DNA of 64,000 nucleotides from NCBI RefSeq assembly GCF_988242995.1, contig NZ_OZ547043.1; one strand, 5' to 3'. Shown piece by piece: positions 40,316 to 50,888 of this stretch (position 1 is its first letter; each line of letters starts with the position of its first letter). The notes under the pieces were generated by a model. It saw only the letters and a program-made list of their open reading frames with translations, ran no database searches and was not told where the DNA came from. The position numbers and the translations under genes were made by a program.

Positions 40316-41563
40316 ATGCAAGACAACGCACTAACCATTTTATTATCGGGTAAAAAATATCTGCTATTGCAGGGGCCAATGGGACCCTTTTTCAATGACG
40401 TCGCCGAATGGTTAGAGTCATTAGGCCGTAACGCTGTGAATGTTGTCTTCAACGGCGGGGATCGTTTTTACTGCCGCCATCGACAATACCAGGCTTACTA
40501 CCAAACGCCGAAAGAGTTTCCCGGTTGGCTGCGAGATCTCCACCGACAATATGACTCTGATACCATCCTCTGCTTTGGTGACTGCCGCCCATTGCACAAA
40601 GAAGCAAAACGCTGGGCAAAGTCGAAAGGGATCCGCTTTCTGGCATTTGAAGAAGGATATTTACGCCCGCAATTTATAACCGTTGAAGAAGGCGGAGTGA
40701 ACGCATATTCATCGCTACCGCGCGACCCGGATTTTTATCGTAAGTTGCCAGATATGCCTGCGCCGCACGTTGAGAACTTAAAACCTTCAACGATGAAACG
40801 TATAGGTCATGCGATGTGGTATTACCTGATGGGTTGGCATTACCGTCATGAGTTCCCTCGCTACCGCCACCACAAATCATTTTCCCCGTGGTATGAAGCT
40901 CGTTGCTGGGTTCGTGCATACTGGCGCAAGCAACTTTACAAGGTAACACAGCGTAAGGTATTGCCGAGGTTAATGAATGAGCTGGATCAGCGTTATTATC
41001 TTGCCGTTTTGCAGGTGTATAACGATAGCCAGATTCGTAACCACAGCAATTATAACGATGTGCGTGACTATATTAATGAAGTCATGTACTCATTTTCGCG
41101 TAAAGCGCCAAAAGAAAGTTATTTGGTGATCAAACATCATCCGATGGATCGTGGTCACAGACTCTATCGACCATTAATTAAGCGGTTGAGTAAGGAATAT
41201 GGCTTAGGTGAGCGCGTCATTTATGTGCACGATCTCCCGATGCCGGAATTATTACGCCACGCAAAAGCGGTGGTGACGATTAACAGTACGGCGGGGATCT
41301 CTGCGTTGATTCATAATAAACCACTTAAAGTGATGGGCAATGCCCTGTACGACATCAAAGGCTTAACGTATCAAGGGCATTTGCACCAGTTCTGGCAGGC
41401 CGATTTTAAACCGGATATGAAACTGTTTAAGAAGTTTCGGGGGTATTTATTGATGAAGACGCAGGTTAATGCGGTTTATTATGGGGGAGTAAGCATTGGA
41501 GAAAAAAATAGGTATGAAAGTGATTACTCCTATTATTCAAAGAAACCGCATCATAATGACTAA
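40316..41563 (+). CDS. kpsS: Capsule biosynthesis protein KpsS (Kdo transferase)
   Basis: 415-aa ORF (MQDNALTILLSGKKYLLLQGPMGPFF…) with HHPMD…TINSTAGISALIHNKP motif; last gene of region 1. Confidence 0.85.
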   Translation: MQDNALTILLSGKKYLLLQGPMGPFFNDVAEWLESLGRNAVNVVFNGGDRFYCRHRQYQAYYQTPKEFPGWLRDLHRQYDSDTILCFGDCRPLHKEAKRWAKSKGIRFLAFEEGYLRPQFITVEEGGVNAYSSLPRDPDFYRKLPDMPAPHVENLKPSTMKRIGHAMWYYLMGWHYRHEFPRYRHHKSFSPWYEARCWVRAYWRKQLYKVTQRKVLPRLMNELDQRYYLAVLQVYNDSQIRNHSNYNDVRDYINEVMYSFSRKAPKESYLVIKHHPMDRGHRLYRPLIKRLSKEYGLGERVIYVHDLPMPELLRHAKAVVTINSTAGISALIHNKPLKVMGNALYDIKGLTYQGHLHQFWQADFKPDMKLFKKFRGYLLMKTQVNAVYYGGVSIGEKNRYESDYSYYSKKPHHND

Positions 41564-41672
41564 TAATTAGATAATCTACTAATTTTAATCAAAAAAAATA
41601 ATTATGTAAAACTAACTATATGGATTAATGTGTTCATTATCTTTAGTTGCTAAAAATTAGCAAGTTATATAT

Positions 41673-43265
41673 TTATTTACACCTATAATTTTCGGGTGAT
41701 GACATTGCCCAGGTTACTCCAGAAGATATGATGTTTGCCGGTGCCCCGGATATAATCTGATTAGATGTAAAAAATTTATTTTCCACAATACAACCGGCAG
41801 ACACATAACATTCATCAGAAATATGTGTTCCTTTTAGCAACATCACACGTGACCCAATCCAAACCCTATCCCCTATATTTATAGGCTGGCCCGGATTTAA
41901 TAAGTAGCCATTGCTATCAAGAAGGGAATGCTCGTCCTGACAACAAATCTTAACATCGCTACCTATAACGCAACCATCTCCTATTTTACAACAATTATCG
42001 CCATTCAAATAAATATCTAGCTGCTTATCAATAATGCATGAGTTTCCAATACATACTTTTCCACCGATATTATTATTCAATATTGATAAGTTATTATATT
42101 TTGAATTTCCTAAATGAACATAACCTCCACTATTTAATAAAATTGTAGAATCCTTAAAAGTGGCTCCATCTTCAATTACCACCATATTATTAACACCACT
42201 GAATTTCAACATTAAACCAGAAACAGATTGATATGTACCATCTGATACATACTCTATTTTATTTCCATATATAATTGTATTCTTATTAACTTTAAAATCT
42301 TTATACTTATGAAATAATGAATATAATTCTTTAATTTTAGATTCAGATTTTGAACATTGCAAAAGTTTAATATCACCTGTAGAAATCTTGTTTATTTTTT
42401 CAATCCCAATGGAATCTTTCCCATAAATATCATATCCAGTTGCATGATCTATATATCGTTTTACGTACTCTTCAAAGTTTATAGACTCATTATAAAATGA
42501 ATAACAATGATCGGTTTTGATAAAGTTAAGGTTCAAATGTTTTATTACACTAGGGTATAAGGGAACGTGAATATGATTTTTAGAAAAAGGATATATATCG
42601 ATATTTCTTTTTTTATTAATTCCCAAACAATCAAGAATGCTATTTGTTAACCATAAAAAATAATCGTTTGTTGGGTGATTTACTGTCACCGACATATAAT
42701 TACTGTAAATAGCATTTTTTAAATATGGTACTGAAGGTATATCAACTTTATTTAATTTTTCACGTTGGTTTAGATCATTAAATGTTTTTGTTAAATTGTC
42801 CGTTATTGTTTTTTCATCATAAAAGTCAGGATCAGAAACGATTTTTATAATGTTTTCTGTGCGAATATTTGCTAACAGCAAAGAATTTATATTTTTATCG
42901 CCGTATGGAAATATTCCTGAAGGAGATATCGAGTATTTCCTATTTGGCCTAATTACAGGATTTTGTGAGTGCTGGGGGAAATAAGCAGAAAGCCAAAAAT
43001 TAGGAATGGATATTCGAATGCAATCCGAACGTAACTTACTACAAATATGATCTGTGCAAAAAAAAGGATCAAAGGTTGACGATACATGTTGATATATAAA
43101 AAGATCAATTTTGGATAATGTATCATCATCCAAATAAGACTTATCTTTTAGATACACATCTTTAACTTTAACTAGATTGAAATAATTTATAAAATCAGTT
43201 TGTTCAAGAAAATTTTGTAGATGTGTATGCTGGCAATTCCCATAAATCATACATAGTTTTTTCAT
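41673..43265 (-). CDS. Kps region 2 protein with C-terminal hexapeptide-repeat (left-handed beta-helix) acyltransferase domain; putative capsule O-acetyltransferase
   Basis: 530-aa ORF in an AT-rich segment; C-terminal imperfect hexapeptide repeats (…IGDGCVIGSDVKI…IGDRVWIGSRVMLLKGTHISDECYVSAGCIV…); N-terminal domain unassigned. Confidence 0.6.
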   Translation of the reverse strand: MKKLCMIYGNCQHTHLQNFLEQTDFINYFNLVKVKDVYLKDKSYLDDDTLSKIDLFIYQHVSSTFDPFFCTDHICSKLRSDCIRISIPNFWLSAYFPQHSQNPVIRPNRKYSISPSGIFPYGDKNINSLLLANIRTENIIKIVSDPDFYDEKTITDNLTKTFNDLNQREKLNKVDIPSVPYLKNAIYSNYMSVTVNHPTNDYFLWLTNSILDCLGINKKRNIDIYPFSKNHIHVPLYPSVIKHLNLNFIKTDHCYSFYNESINFEEYVKRYIDHATGYDIYGKDSIGIEKINKISTGDIKLLQCSKSESKIKELYSLFHKYKDFKVNKNTIIYGNKIEYVSDGTYQSVSGLMLKFSGVNNMVVIEDGATFKDSTILLNSGGYVHLGNSKYNNLSILNNNIGGKVCIGNSCIIDKQLDIYLNGDNCCKIGDGCVIGSDVKICCQDEHSLLDSNGYLLNPGQPINIGDRVWIGSRVMLLKGTHISDECYVSAGCIVENKFFTSNQIISGAPANIISSGVTWAMSSPENYRCK

Positions 43266-43493
43266 AATGCACTACCAAAACATATGACTTTAATATTAGT
43301 GAAGCATCGAATATAATAAAAATTACTCAAGCCATTAAGAGTTGATATTAATTAATAACGATTGCATTTCGCTATGTAATTTATCTTATATTAATAGGAG
43401 GCATCGTTTATTGTAGATGCCTCCCATTAATGGGATTATATCACTTTATATTTCATGAAGGCTTTAGCATTTCATACAAAAACAACATTAGAA

Positions 43494-46400
43494 TTAATTT
43501 AGATATTTCACATACATTTCACGCCCCTTATCCCAAATGATTTTTGTAATTTCACTTTTATAAAACTTGCGTTTGAAATATATAAAGGTATTCCTCTTCA
43601 AATTGGCTTCTTTTGGAACTGACTCCGGGACAGGACTAGGTTGCGTTTTGCTCTGTTCTTTATTTGGAATGATCTTTTTTACTGGTTTCGTAGCGGTAGT
43701 TGACTTCTTAAGTGGTGGATAAATTACAGGGAAATGTTTATCCTCATATAGAGGGTCGTCAGCGACATACTGATTTAATAACAATTGGTCTGTAGTATTA
43801 CTGCAAAGATAAGACAATGGGTAAACGAATGCATCCCGTGTTTGAGAGTTAATATACTCCCATTTGCCTTTAAATAAAGAAACGTAATCTTTACAGAACT
43901 CCTTCATATATACTTGTGATTTTAAAGTTAAAAGAGATGTTGCTGTAATTTCAGACGGAAAAATAATTGGTTTTACTGCTGATTCTGATTTCTCATAACC
44001 GTAACAGGTAGATGTTAAAGCATCTGATAATAGTAATTCATAAAATGATGGGAGAAATACTCGAAGCCCACGTCTAAAAGGATTAAATGTATCAACTAAG
44101 TAACTATTTATGTCATTTACACATTTATGTTTCCTTTCACGGAACATAAATAAAGGTATATCAATCCCCATAAGATCAGCTAATATATCACGACTGGTTC
44201 CTCTTGCGCCCAAGTCGAATACAGCGAATTTTTTATTTTCGGTAATGCTAGTAATATATTCAATCAAATACTTATTTTTTTTATTTACTTCATTACTACA
44301 TGAAGCAAAATCATAGTATTTATGTATAAACTGTGAAATTTCATGTTTATTTTTACTACTGTCAGCAGACAAGTTCAGCTTCAACTCTTGCACTAACTTT
44401 TTAGCTATTCTATCATTTGAAACGTCTATATCAAATACGTAATCTAAAAACTTTTTAACATTTAACTTTGAATTATAAAGAGACAGCAGCGTGCCTTTTA
44501 ATGCTTTATTGTTATATGCAGACAAGGTAGCTGTTCTGGATATATAAAAGTATACACTTTTAGGTAACTGATGATTATACAGTGTATCATTTATATAATT
44601 GTAAACATCAAAAACGACTCTGGAATCTCTTGAAGAAAAAAGTATTTTCTCATAATTGCTATTTTTTGTATTTTGTATAAGCCAGTGAGTGAGACTTAAA
44701 ACTAATGGTCCAAAAATATAATAACCAAGAAGCGCACTTGAATTATTGATAGAAGTTTTATGATCAAATGGAACGAATGGATTATCAAATAGCTTATTAG
44801 CGATCATTCCAAGATAAAATGAAAAGTTTTCTTTATAGACAAAACCTAATACATCAGGCTTAAACAGATTAGTTTTTCTAAATTCATCTATTGCCTTAGG
44901 ATAATGCTCTGCCAGTAATCCATTATCGGTAGCTCTCTGAACATCAGATTTTAAATTATCCCCGATGAATAGAGTTTTAGAAGCATCAAAACCTTCTTTC
45001 AATAATATAAGCTTGAATAAGGAACCATTATATTTTACTTTATTGTACTCACATGAGATATAAACTGGTATCTGATTAATTTCATATCCATTACTTATTA
45101 AAATATCTTTTAATAAGTCTTCCGGTAAGTACATATCAGAAGCAACAAATAAATTTTTATGATGGATTTTAGCCAGTGTAAAATATTCTAACATTGTTTC
45201 TCTTGGAGTGAGTAACTGGCGTTCCATTTCACATTCTATGTTTTTTATTTTACTTATTGTATCATCTGTAAATCCAGTACTTTCTTGTAATTTATTATAT
45301 ATCTCATCTAGCGTTACTTCTATTTTACCTTGTCTAGCCAAGCTTTCTGCATGAATTCTTGTTGTTGAAAAATTAAAACTCCTTAATTTTGTTACTTTAT
45401 ATATATCTTCTTCTATTAGATTAAATAGATCTGTTGGCTTGACCAACGGACGGCATAACAAAGTATCAAAAATATCAAAACCAATATTTCTTATATTATC
45501 ATTAATTAAATAACCAAGTAATTTTTCAAATTTAGTTTGCTCATAGTTTATATGTACATTATTCTGTAAAAGAAGCTGCTGAGAAAGTCTCGCTTTATAT
45601 CCACGCAATGTTCCCAATTGCGGAAGATACTTAATATATTCGTTATTTTCAATGTTTTTTATTATTTGTTTTAAATATAAGAAACTATTTTTTTCATTAC
45701 GTAAAAAACGAGTGTTAACTTTATGTGTTAATACGTACTTAATTATTTTATTACTTATATCAATATAATCAGATGAAAGAGTTGCATTGGTTGATAAGTA
45801 ATTATACACATGTTCAACAGTACCAATTGAAAATTTGCTATTAGGGCTATTTCCATAGCTAAAAATTGGCTTCCCTAAAAGCATGGCTGGCATAAATATA
45901 TTTGAGTAAATATTTATAACAGCATCAACATGAGGAAGTACTCTTATAGAAATATCATTATCAATAGATGACACTTTATCGAGATTAATTATCCTTTCAT
46001 TATTATCAATATAATGATCGTTTTCTGTTCTATCTAACGAGTGTTTTGAATAAACTATTGCGCAATCATTTGGAATTTGTTCTAAAAGAAACTGTAAAAA
46101 AGCTGCATTAGATGAAAATCCAGAATATTTTTTAAATCGTAATGAAGGAAAATTTCCCGGATAGAATATCAAATATTTAAATTTACTGTCAGGATCGAGA
46201 GTTTTTCTATTTATTTGTGTTTCAAATATAATGTTATCTTGATAATATTTTTTTAAATTTTGTATATCGATAACATCCTCTGGTACTATTTCAACTTTTT
46301 TTATAGCTTCAAAAAAGGCATCATCATATTTTTTGTCTTTTGTTGAAACATTAAATAACACATCGGGGTTGTTATTTTCCAATCGCCAGAAACCAGTATG

Positions 46401-46832
46401 AGAGCCCTCAAGCAAGACACTATCTTTAAATACCTCTGCAAAAATTTCAGAACAAAATTCCCAGTAAATAACAATATCAGGATTTAAATTACCCAGCTTA
46501 TTCCTAAAATAATCAACCAGATGTTCTTTTAGCTTTTTTGAAATGTCATTGCTAATAACCATCTCAACTGTCGAATCATAATAATCCAATATATTTCTTA
46601 TTTCTGAGTCTGGTATATTAATCACTGTCACATTATTCTTTATTAAATTCTGTTTTATTTCTCTTTTTTCCAGAACGGAATCCAGGGCTAAATAGGTGAC
46701 TTTTAGATCTTTTTGTTTTTTGGAGTATCGCCCAAGAAAGTCGGCATTAAGATCAAACTTTGCCACAAAACTTCTTTCATCAGCACCTTTATCTAAATCG
46801 ACAAAGACATCCATATAATAAAGAACTTGCAT
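43494..46832 (-). CDS. Kps region 2 multidomain protein: KpsC/KpsS-like module, HAD-like phosphatase module and an unassigned C-terminal module; candidate capsule polymerase
   Basis: 1112-aa ORF, AT-rich; N-terminal segment YSKHSLD…VDAVINIYSNIFMPAMLLGKPIFSYG parallels the H(P)…S..G.EALL.GKP motifs of KpsC and KpsS in this window; central HAD signatures FDIFDTLL (DxDxT) and IGDNLKSD (GDxxxD). Confidence 0.6.
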   Translation of the reverse strand: MQVLYYMDVFVDLDKGADERSFVAKFDLNADFLGRYSKKQKDLKVTYLALDSVLEKREIKQNLIKNNVTVINIPDSEIRNILDYYDSTVEMVISNDISKKLKEHLVDYFRNKLGNLNPDIVIYWEFCSEIFAEVFKDSVLLEGSHTGFWRLENNNPDVLFNVSTKDKKYDDAFFEAIKKVEIVPEDVIDIQNLKKYYQDNIIFETQINRKTLDPDSKFKYLIFYPGNFPSLRFKKYSGFSSNAAFLQFLLEQIPNDCAIVYSKHSLDRTENDHYIDNNERIINLDKVSSIDNDISIRVLPHVDAVINIYSNIFMPAMLLGKPIFSYGNSPNSKFSIGTVEHVYNYLSTNATLSSDYIDISNKIIKYVLTHKVNTRFLRNEKNSFLYLKQIIKNIENNEYIKYLPQLGTLRGYKARLSQQLLLQNNVHINYEQTKFEKLLGYLINDNIRNIGFDIFDTLLCRPLVKPTDLFNLIEEDIYKVTKLRSFNFSTTRIHAESLARQGKIEVTLDEIYNKLQESTGFTDDTISKIKNIECEMERQLLTPRETMLEYFTLAKIHHKNLFVASDMYLPEDLLKDILISNGYEINQIPVYISCEYNKVKYNGSLFKLILLKEGFDASKTLFIGDNLKSDVQRATDNGLLAEHYPKAIDEFRKTNLFKPDVLGFVYKENFSFYLGMIANKLFDNPFVPFDHKTSINNSSALLGYYIFGPLVLSLTHWLIQNTKNSNYEKILFSSRDSRVVFDVYNYINDTLYNHQLPKSVYFYISRTATLSAYNNKALKGTLLSLYNSKLNVKKFLDYVFDIDVSNDRIAKKLVQELKLNLSADSSKNKHEISQFIHKYYDFASCSNEVNKKNKYLIEYITSITENKKFAVFDLGARGTSRDILADLMGIDIPLFMFRERKHKCVNDINSYLVDTFNPFRRGLRVFLPSFYELLLSDALTSTCYGYEKSESAVKPIIFPSEITATSLLTLKSQVYMKEFCKDYVSLFKGKWEYINSQTRDAFVYPLSYLCSNTTDQLLLNQYVADDPLYEDKHFPVIYPPLKKSTTATKPVKKIIPNKEQSKTQPSPVPESVPKEANLKRNTFIYFKRKFYKSEITKIIWDKGREMYVKYLN

Positions 46833-47069
46833 ATCAAACCTCTTAATTCTGTAATTACTTTAAATTATGACAAATAACTTTTGTGCTGAATTAGCTTTAT
46901 GGTAGTTGACAATAAAATAATTTTACATTGCAGATACATCAACACATAAAAATACTACGGGAAGAACAAAATATTGTAGTTTCAAATAATAAATTGGTGG
47001 GAATAACTCCGTCTATTAACTTCGCCATTAACATTAATTCAAATATTAATGTCATTTATTACAATTACT

Positions 47070-47765
47070 TTAAAGTTTATAACTGTTATCTTTCTCATAT
47101 TTCTTTCTAATAGAGTAAATTTCTGCAGCTAACTGGAAATCATCAACAGTATCAATATCGACCGTTGCTGTATTAGAAACATATAAATAAGGGTTTACGC
47201 CTATATGGTACTTATATGTTTCAATTGTTTCTCTTTTAAGTATAAAACAAGACCATAACACCTCATACCATGATGGTAAATTTTGTGAGACTTTATGCCA
47301 ATACCCGAAAGAATAATTTAATGGGTTCCCTGATGCATCGATTAAATGTCCTTTATATTTTTTGACAGCAACCATAGAATCAAACTCATTCCTAATTGAT
47401 TCCCATTCTTTTATCATGCAGGAGAATTCATTAAACAATGGGTTGGTCACTTGAACCCACATAATATCATCATTATCATTGCTATTTTTATTTATATCGT
47501 TAAGAATACCTCCAATTAATTCTGGTTGTTTAATCTCATTACCAGTTAATCTTTTATCTCGAAGTAAAAAGTTCACTCCTTTCTCATCACACATACGTTC
47601 AACTTCTTGAGCTTCAGATGATATATATATTGTTTCTGGTTTAATACCAGAATTAAGGAGCTGTTCTATTTTTATATCAAACAAAGACATTCCATTATAA
47701 AATGGAATTATGTTTTTCTTTGGTACGCGTGTCGAGCACGTTTGGAGTGGGATAATAACTTTCAT
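47070..47765 (-). CDS. Kps region 2 CMP-sugar cytidylyltransferase (NeuA/KdsB-like fold)
   Basis: 231-aa ORF, AT-rich; N-terminal IIPLQTCSTRVPKKNI resembles the IPAR.GS.R.P.KN cytidylyltransferase motif; C-terminal VDIDTVDDFQLAAEIY resembles NeuA-type enzymes. Confidence 0.6.
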   Translation of the reverse strand: MKVIIPLQTCSTRVPKKNIIPFYNGMSLFDIKIEQLLNSGIKPETIYISSEAQEVERMCDEKGVNFLLRDKRLTGNEIKQPELIGGILNDINKNSNDNDDIMWVQVTNPLFNEFSCMIKEWESIRNEFDSMVAVKKYKGHLIDASGNPLNYSFGYWHKVSQNLPSWYEVLWSCFILKRETIETYKYHIGVNPYLYVSNTATVDIDTVDDFQLAAEIYSIRKKYEKDNSYKL

Positions 47766-47850
47766 GTCTAATCCTTTTCGCTTTTTCTATTTAACTCTTA
47801 ATAAGATTAATAAATCTTTATATTCTGTTAATTGGTTATGCCAGATATTT

Positions 47851-48522
47851 TTAGACGAAGATATTTTGATCTTTTTTATACTCATCCACCCCTTCCTGAA
47901 CATCCTCATAAAAACCAACCGCATTATCGTCTTTAAACACAATCGCCACATCACAAAACTCTTTCAATGAATTCAAACTATGTGAAACCATTAAAAAACT
48001 AGATTCTTTATGCCTTTCTTTAAACAATTGAGCGCATTTTTCTTTAAACCTGGCATCACCGACTGCGGTTACTTCATCGACGATATAATAATCAAACTTA
48101 AATGCCATGCTTAAACCAAAGCCTAAACGCGATCGCATACCAGATGAGTAAGTTTTAATCGGCATATCGAAGTACTTACCGAGTTCGGCAAATTCTTCGA
48201 CAAACTCAATTTTCTCTTTCAGCTCTTCTTGCTTCGCGTATAACCGCGCAACAAATTTTACGTTTTCGCGTCCGGTTAAACTTCCCTGAAATCCACCTGC
48301 AAGGCCGACTGGCCATGATATCGTTTTATTGGTGATGATCTTTCCACTGTCGGGGCGGTCAATGCCGCCAATCATTCTCAGTAACGTTGATTTACCCGCA
48401 CCATTACGACCAATAAAGGCAACACTTTTTCCTGAAGGAATTTCGAGGTTTAAATCCTTAAACACATAGTGTCGCCCCGTTGGCGTGCGATATGACTTCG
48501 TCAAATTCTCAATCTTAATCAT
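47851..48522 (-). CDS. kpsT: Capsule export ABC transporter ATP-binding protein KpsT
   Basis: 223-aa ORF with Walker A GRNGAGKST and an ABC signature region; overlaps kpsM. Confidence 0.9.
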   Translation of the reverse strand: MIKIENLTKSYRTPTGRHYVFKDLNLEIPSGKSVAFIGRNGAGKSTLLRMIGGIDRPDSGKIITNKTISWPVGLAGGFQGSLTGRENVKFVARLYAKQEELKEKIEFVEEFAELGKYFDMPIKTYSSGMRSRLGFGLSMAFKFDYYIVDEVTAVGDARFKEKCAQLFKERHKESSFLMVSHSLNSLKEFCDVAIVFKDDNAVGFYEDVQEGVDEYKKDQNIFV

Positions 48523-49295
48523 GATGTCAGCATTGCCTCTTCACGCGTTCGGTATAACGCCAGACCGATGAACAGGGTGACCAGAGTGAACATTGCCAGG
48601 TAGTTCAGACTCACGCCTTCGCTGATATAGCCAGGCATAACTGCCTCGCGGCTTAACTCCACGACATGCACTAATGGGTTCCAGAGTAGATATGACCAGT
48701 ATTGCTTTGGAATCGAGTGTAGAGGGAACATGATGCAGGAGATGAAATACAGCGGCTTAAGCAGTATCGGCAGAACCTTTTGCATTTCGGGGAAAGTTTT
48801 ACCAACGACCATGAATATTAAACCGACGCCACATGAAAGAATGATCAGCAGGCTCCAGGTAGCCACAAGTTGTAAAAAATTTGTTATCTCGAAATATTCG
48901 CCTGCCATCCAGACAATGAGCATAAGCAGAATATAAACAGCAACGTAAATCAGTGTCTCAAGCAGTGCGCGTGCAATGATCGTATCGATGGGTTTTACTG
49001 GTCGATAATTAAACAGCCCCTGATTCGCTTCAATAGCACCTACAGAACGATTGCTGATACTGCTAAAGATAAAAAAGGGAATCAGGCCATTAAGTAAAAA
49101 CACCGGGAATGAGATGTCTGGCATCGTGCGGTGCATAATGTAACCAAAAATGCCCAACAGTATCAGCAAATGCGCAGAGGGTTCGAGAATCGCCCACAAA
49201 TATCCCAGACGGAACTTACCAAAGCGTGTTCGTATTTCTCGTAGAAATAATGCCTCTACGGTGACTTTCTGGACTTCAAATCCACTTCTTGCCAT
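48519..49295 (-). CDS. kpsM: Capsule export ABC transporter permease KpsM
   Basis: Start placed at ATG 49295 (MARSGFEVQKVTVEALFLREIRTRFGKF…), giving 258 aa; the tracked ORF extends 20 codons further upstream. Confidence 0.85.
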   Translation of the reverse strand: MARSGFEVQKVTVEALFLREIRTRFGKFRLGYLWAILEPSAHLLILLGIFGYIMHRTMPDISFPVFLLNGLIPFFIFSSISNRSVGAIEANQGLFNYRPVKPIDTIIARALLETLIYVAVYILLMLIVWMAGEYFEITNFLQLVATWSLLIILSCGVGLIFMVVGKTFPEMQKVLPILLKPLYFISCIMFPLHSIPKQYWSYLLWNPLVHVVELSREAVMPGYISEGVSLNYLAMFTLVTLFIGLALYRTREEAMLTS

Positions 49296-49327
49296 TTGAT
49301 GATGTGACCCTATTCTCTTCAGGTATG

Positions 49328-49335
49328 CTACCGCC
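49328..49335 (-). promoter_or_regulatory. ops element (GGCGGTAG) in the kps region 3 leader, the RfaH recruitment site
   Basis: Plus-strand CTACCGCC at 49328-49335 is GGCGGTAG on the coding strand, 33 nt upstream of the kpsM start. Confidence 0.7.
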
Positions 49336-50350
49336 CCTGGCTTAACAGCTACCAATACACTGGAGGTAATACTTGTTTGTAACTGGATAAAATTTACTCA
49401 GACGGTTTGACCTTTTTAATAGCCGCAAACAATTTCAGCAGAAATTATTTCCGCAGGGATAAATAGATCTATTTCCGTCTCGTTTCTTCTAATCCATTCT
49501 TCAGGCATGAATGTATTCGGTCTTCTGGTAATTTCAGAAAACTGGCCGTTTTAGAATGTAGAGTTAATTTCCCAGGAAATTATTTTTTGTTATTACTGTT
49601 AACTACTTGATTATAATACCCCCATGTATTTTATGCGTAACAATACCTGCAATCTGTTTCAAACCAGAACGCACGCGATTGATCACCAATAAATTGTTCA
49701 CTGAGAAACTATTTCCCTATTTAAAATTCACTCGTGTACTTCTTATTTATATCTACAGCCCCCTCTTTACAGCCATATTTGTGATTTATATCACATTTAA
49801 ATGGTGTTATTTAAGCCGCATCAATAATCCCGAAGGTAATTATTTTCGTCGATTAAAATATACATCTTGATTATTTTGTGTATTTATTTTAACCAGTATT
49901 ACAACCAACACCATCCCTCAGTAGATATACCTGAGCAGACATTTCTTAAAATCGACGAATAGTTTCACTGGAAATTATTATGCTTATTTGAAATTCCCTT
50001 TCTGATTATCTCCAGGAATTTTACTAATTTCCAAGCTACACAAAATACAGATAACACAAGAATTATCCTATATGTTTTGGCCTATCAATTGTTACTCAAT
50101 GATTTATTGCAACTATTAATAATCATAATGTGTCAAAACACTTAAGCAACTTTACAGTCTGAGAAAGGTGTCGATTAACGAAGGCTACATGGTGAAAAAC
50201 AGGTTCCTTCAGTGTTACCGAATATTCCGTGGTGGTCTGGAGGGAGATAATTCTTGCTACATCGAAAGTCAGCCCGGTGAGCGGGTTTGACAGTTCCGCA
50301 CTCACCATTGGACTAAGGGTTATCAGGTGGGGTTAAGGAAATGGCAATAC

Positions 50351-50887
50351 CTACCCCCCTCCAAACTCCAGCCGCTGCACATTCACCATCCCAGGCTTCT
50401 CAGCAGCACTGACATCAATTTGTGTCACCCGCAGCGCATACTTTTCATCCAGCGCGTTTAACCAGTTCAGCAGATCATTAAATACCACAGGATCTATCCA
50501 GACCTGAATATTCTCCCCACGCTCGGCTATCCGCTTGATGACCACCGAGTGCGCGGAAGCACTGTCACTGATGACCCGCGATACCTGCGCAGGCGTTGTT
50601 GTGGCAGATTTTCGCGCTGCAATAATATCCGGCGCGGCGCTCTTCAGTCGGGTGTTCATTGCCACCAGCTGCTGCAACAACGTCTCCTGTTGTTCTATCC
50701 GTTCGCTCAACGGCTGCCAGATGAGGACGTAATATCCGACGCTAAACAGGAACACCACCGCTGCCAGTAACATGCCCTTTTCACGCGGAGAACGCCCCGC
50801 CAGGTGTTGTGTCAGCCAGTGTTCGCCACGGCTTAACTGGCGTTCACGCCATTGCTGAAAATAGTGAATAAATTTATCGCGTAACAT
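50351..50887 (-). CDS. gspM: Type II secretion system protein M (YghD)
   Basis: 178-aa ORF with one N-terminal transmembrane helix; last gene of a gspC-M block. Confidence 0.8.
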   Translation of the reverse strand: MLRDKFIHYFQQWRERQLSRGEHWLTQHLAGRSPREKGMLLAAVVFLFSVGYYVLIWQPLSERIEQQETLLQQLVAMNTRLKSAAPDIIAARKSATTTPAQVSRVISDSASAHSVVIKRIAERGENIQVWIDPVVFNDLLNWLNALDEKYALRVTQIDVSAAEKPGMVNVQRLEFGGG

Positions 50888-50888
50888 G

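Larger units (their letters stand above)
6723..50100. mobile_element. pheV-associated genomic island (integrase, IS66 elements, CP4-44-like module, group 2 capsule locus); boundaries approximate
   Basis: Begins right after pheV with a P4-type integrase; contains IS elements, prophage-remnant genes and kps; AT-rich segments; core synteny (pheV to gspM/yghD) resumes after kpsM. No attR direct repeat found by eye. Confidence 0.55.

Noticed and set aside
49607-49870. 87-aa plus-strand ORF in the kpsM upstream leader.
   Set aside because: AT-rich low-complexity sequence in a known regulatory leader, with no ribosome-binding site.
49300-50350. Search for an attR direct repeat of the pheV 3' end at the island's right edge.
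   Set aside because: No match to the tRNA 3' end found by eye; the right boundary is therefore given only approximately from the return of core synteny.
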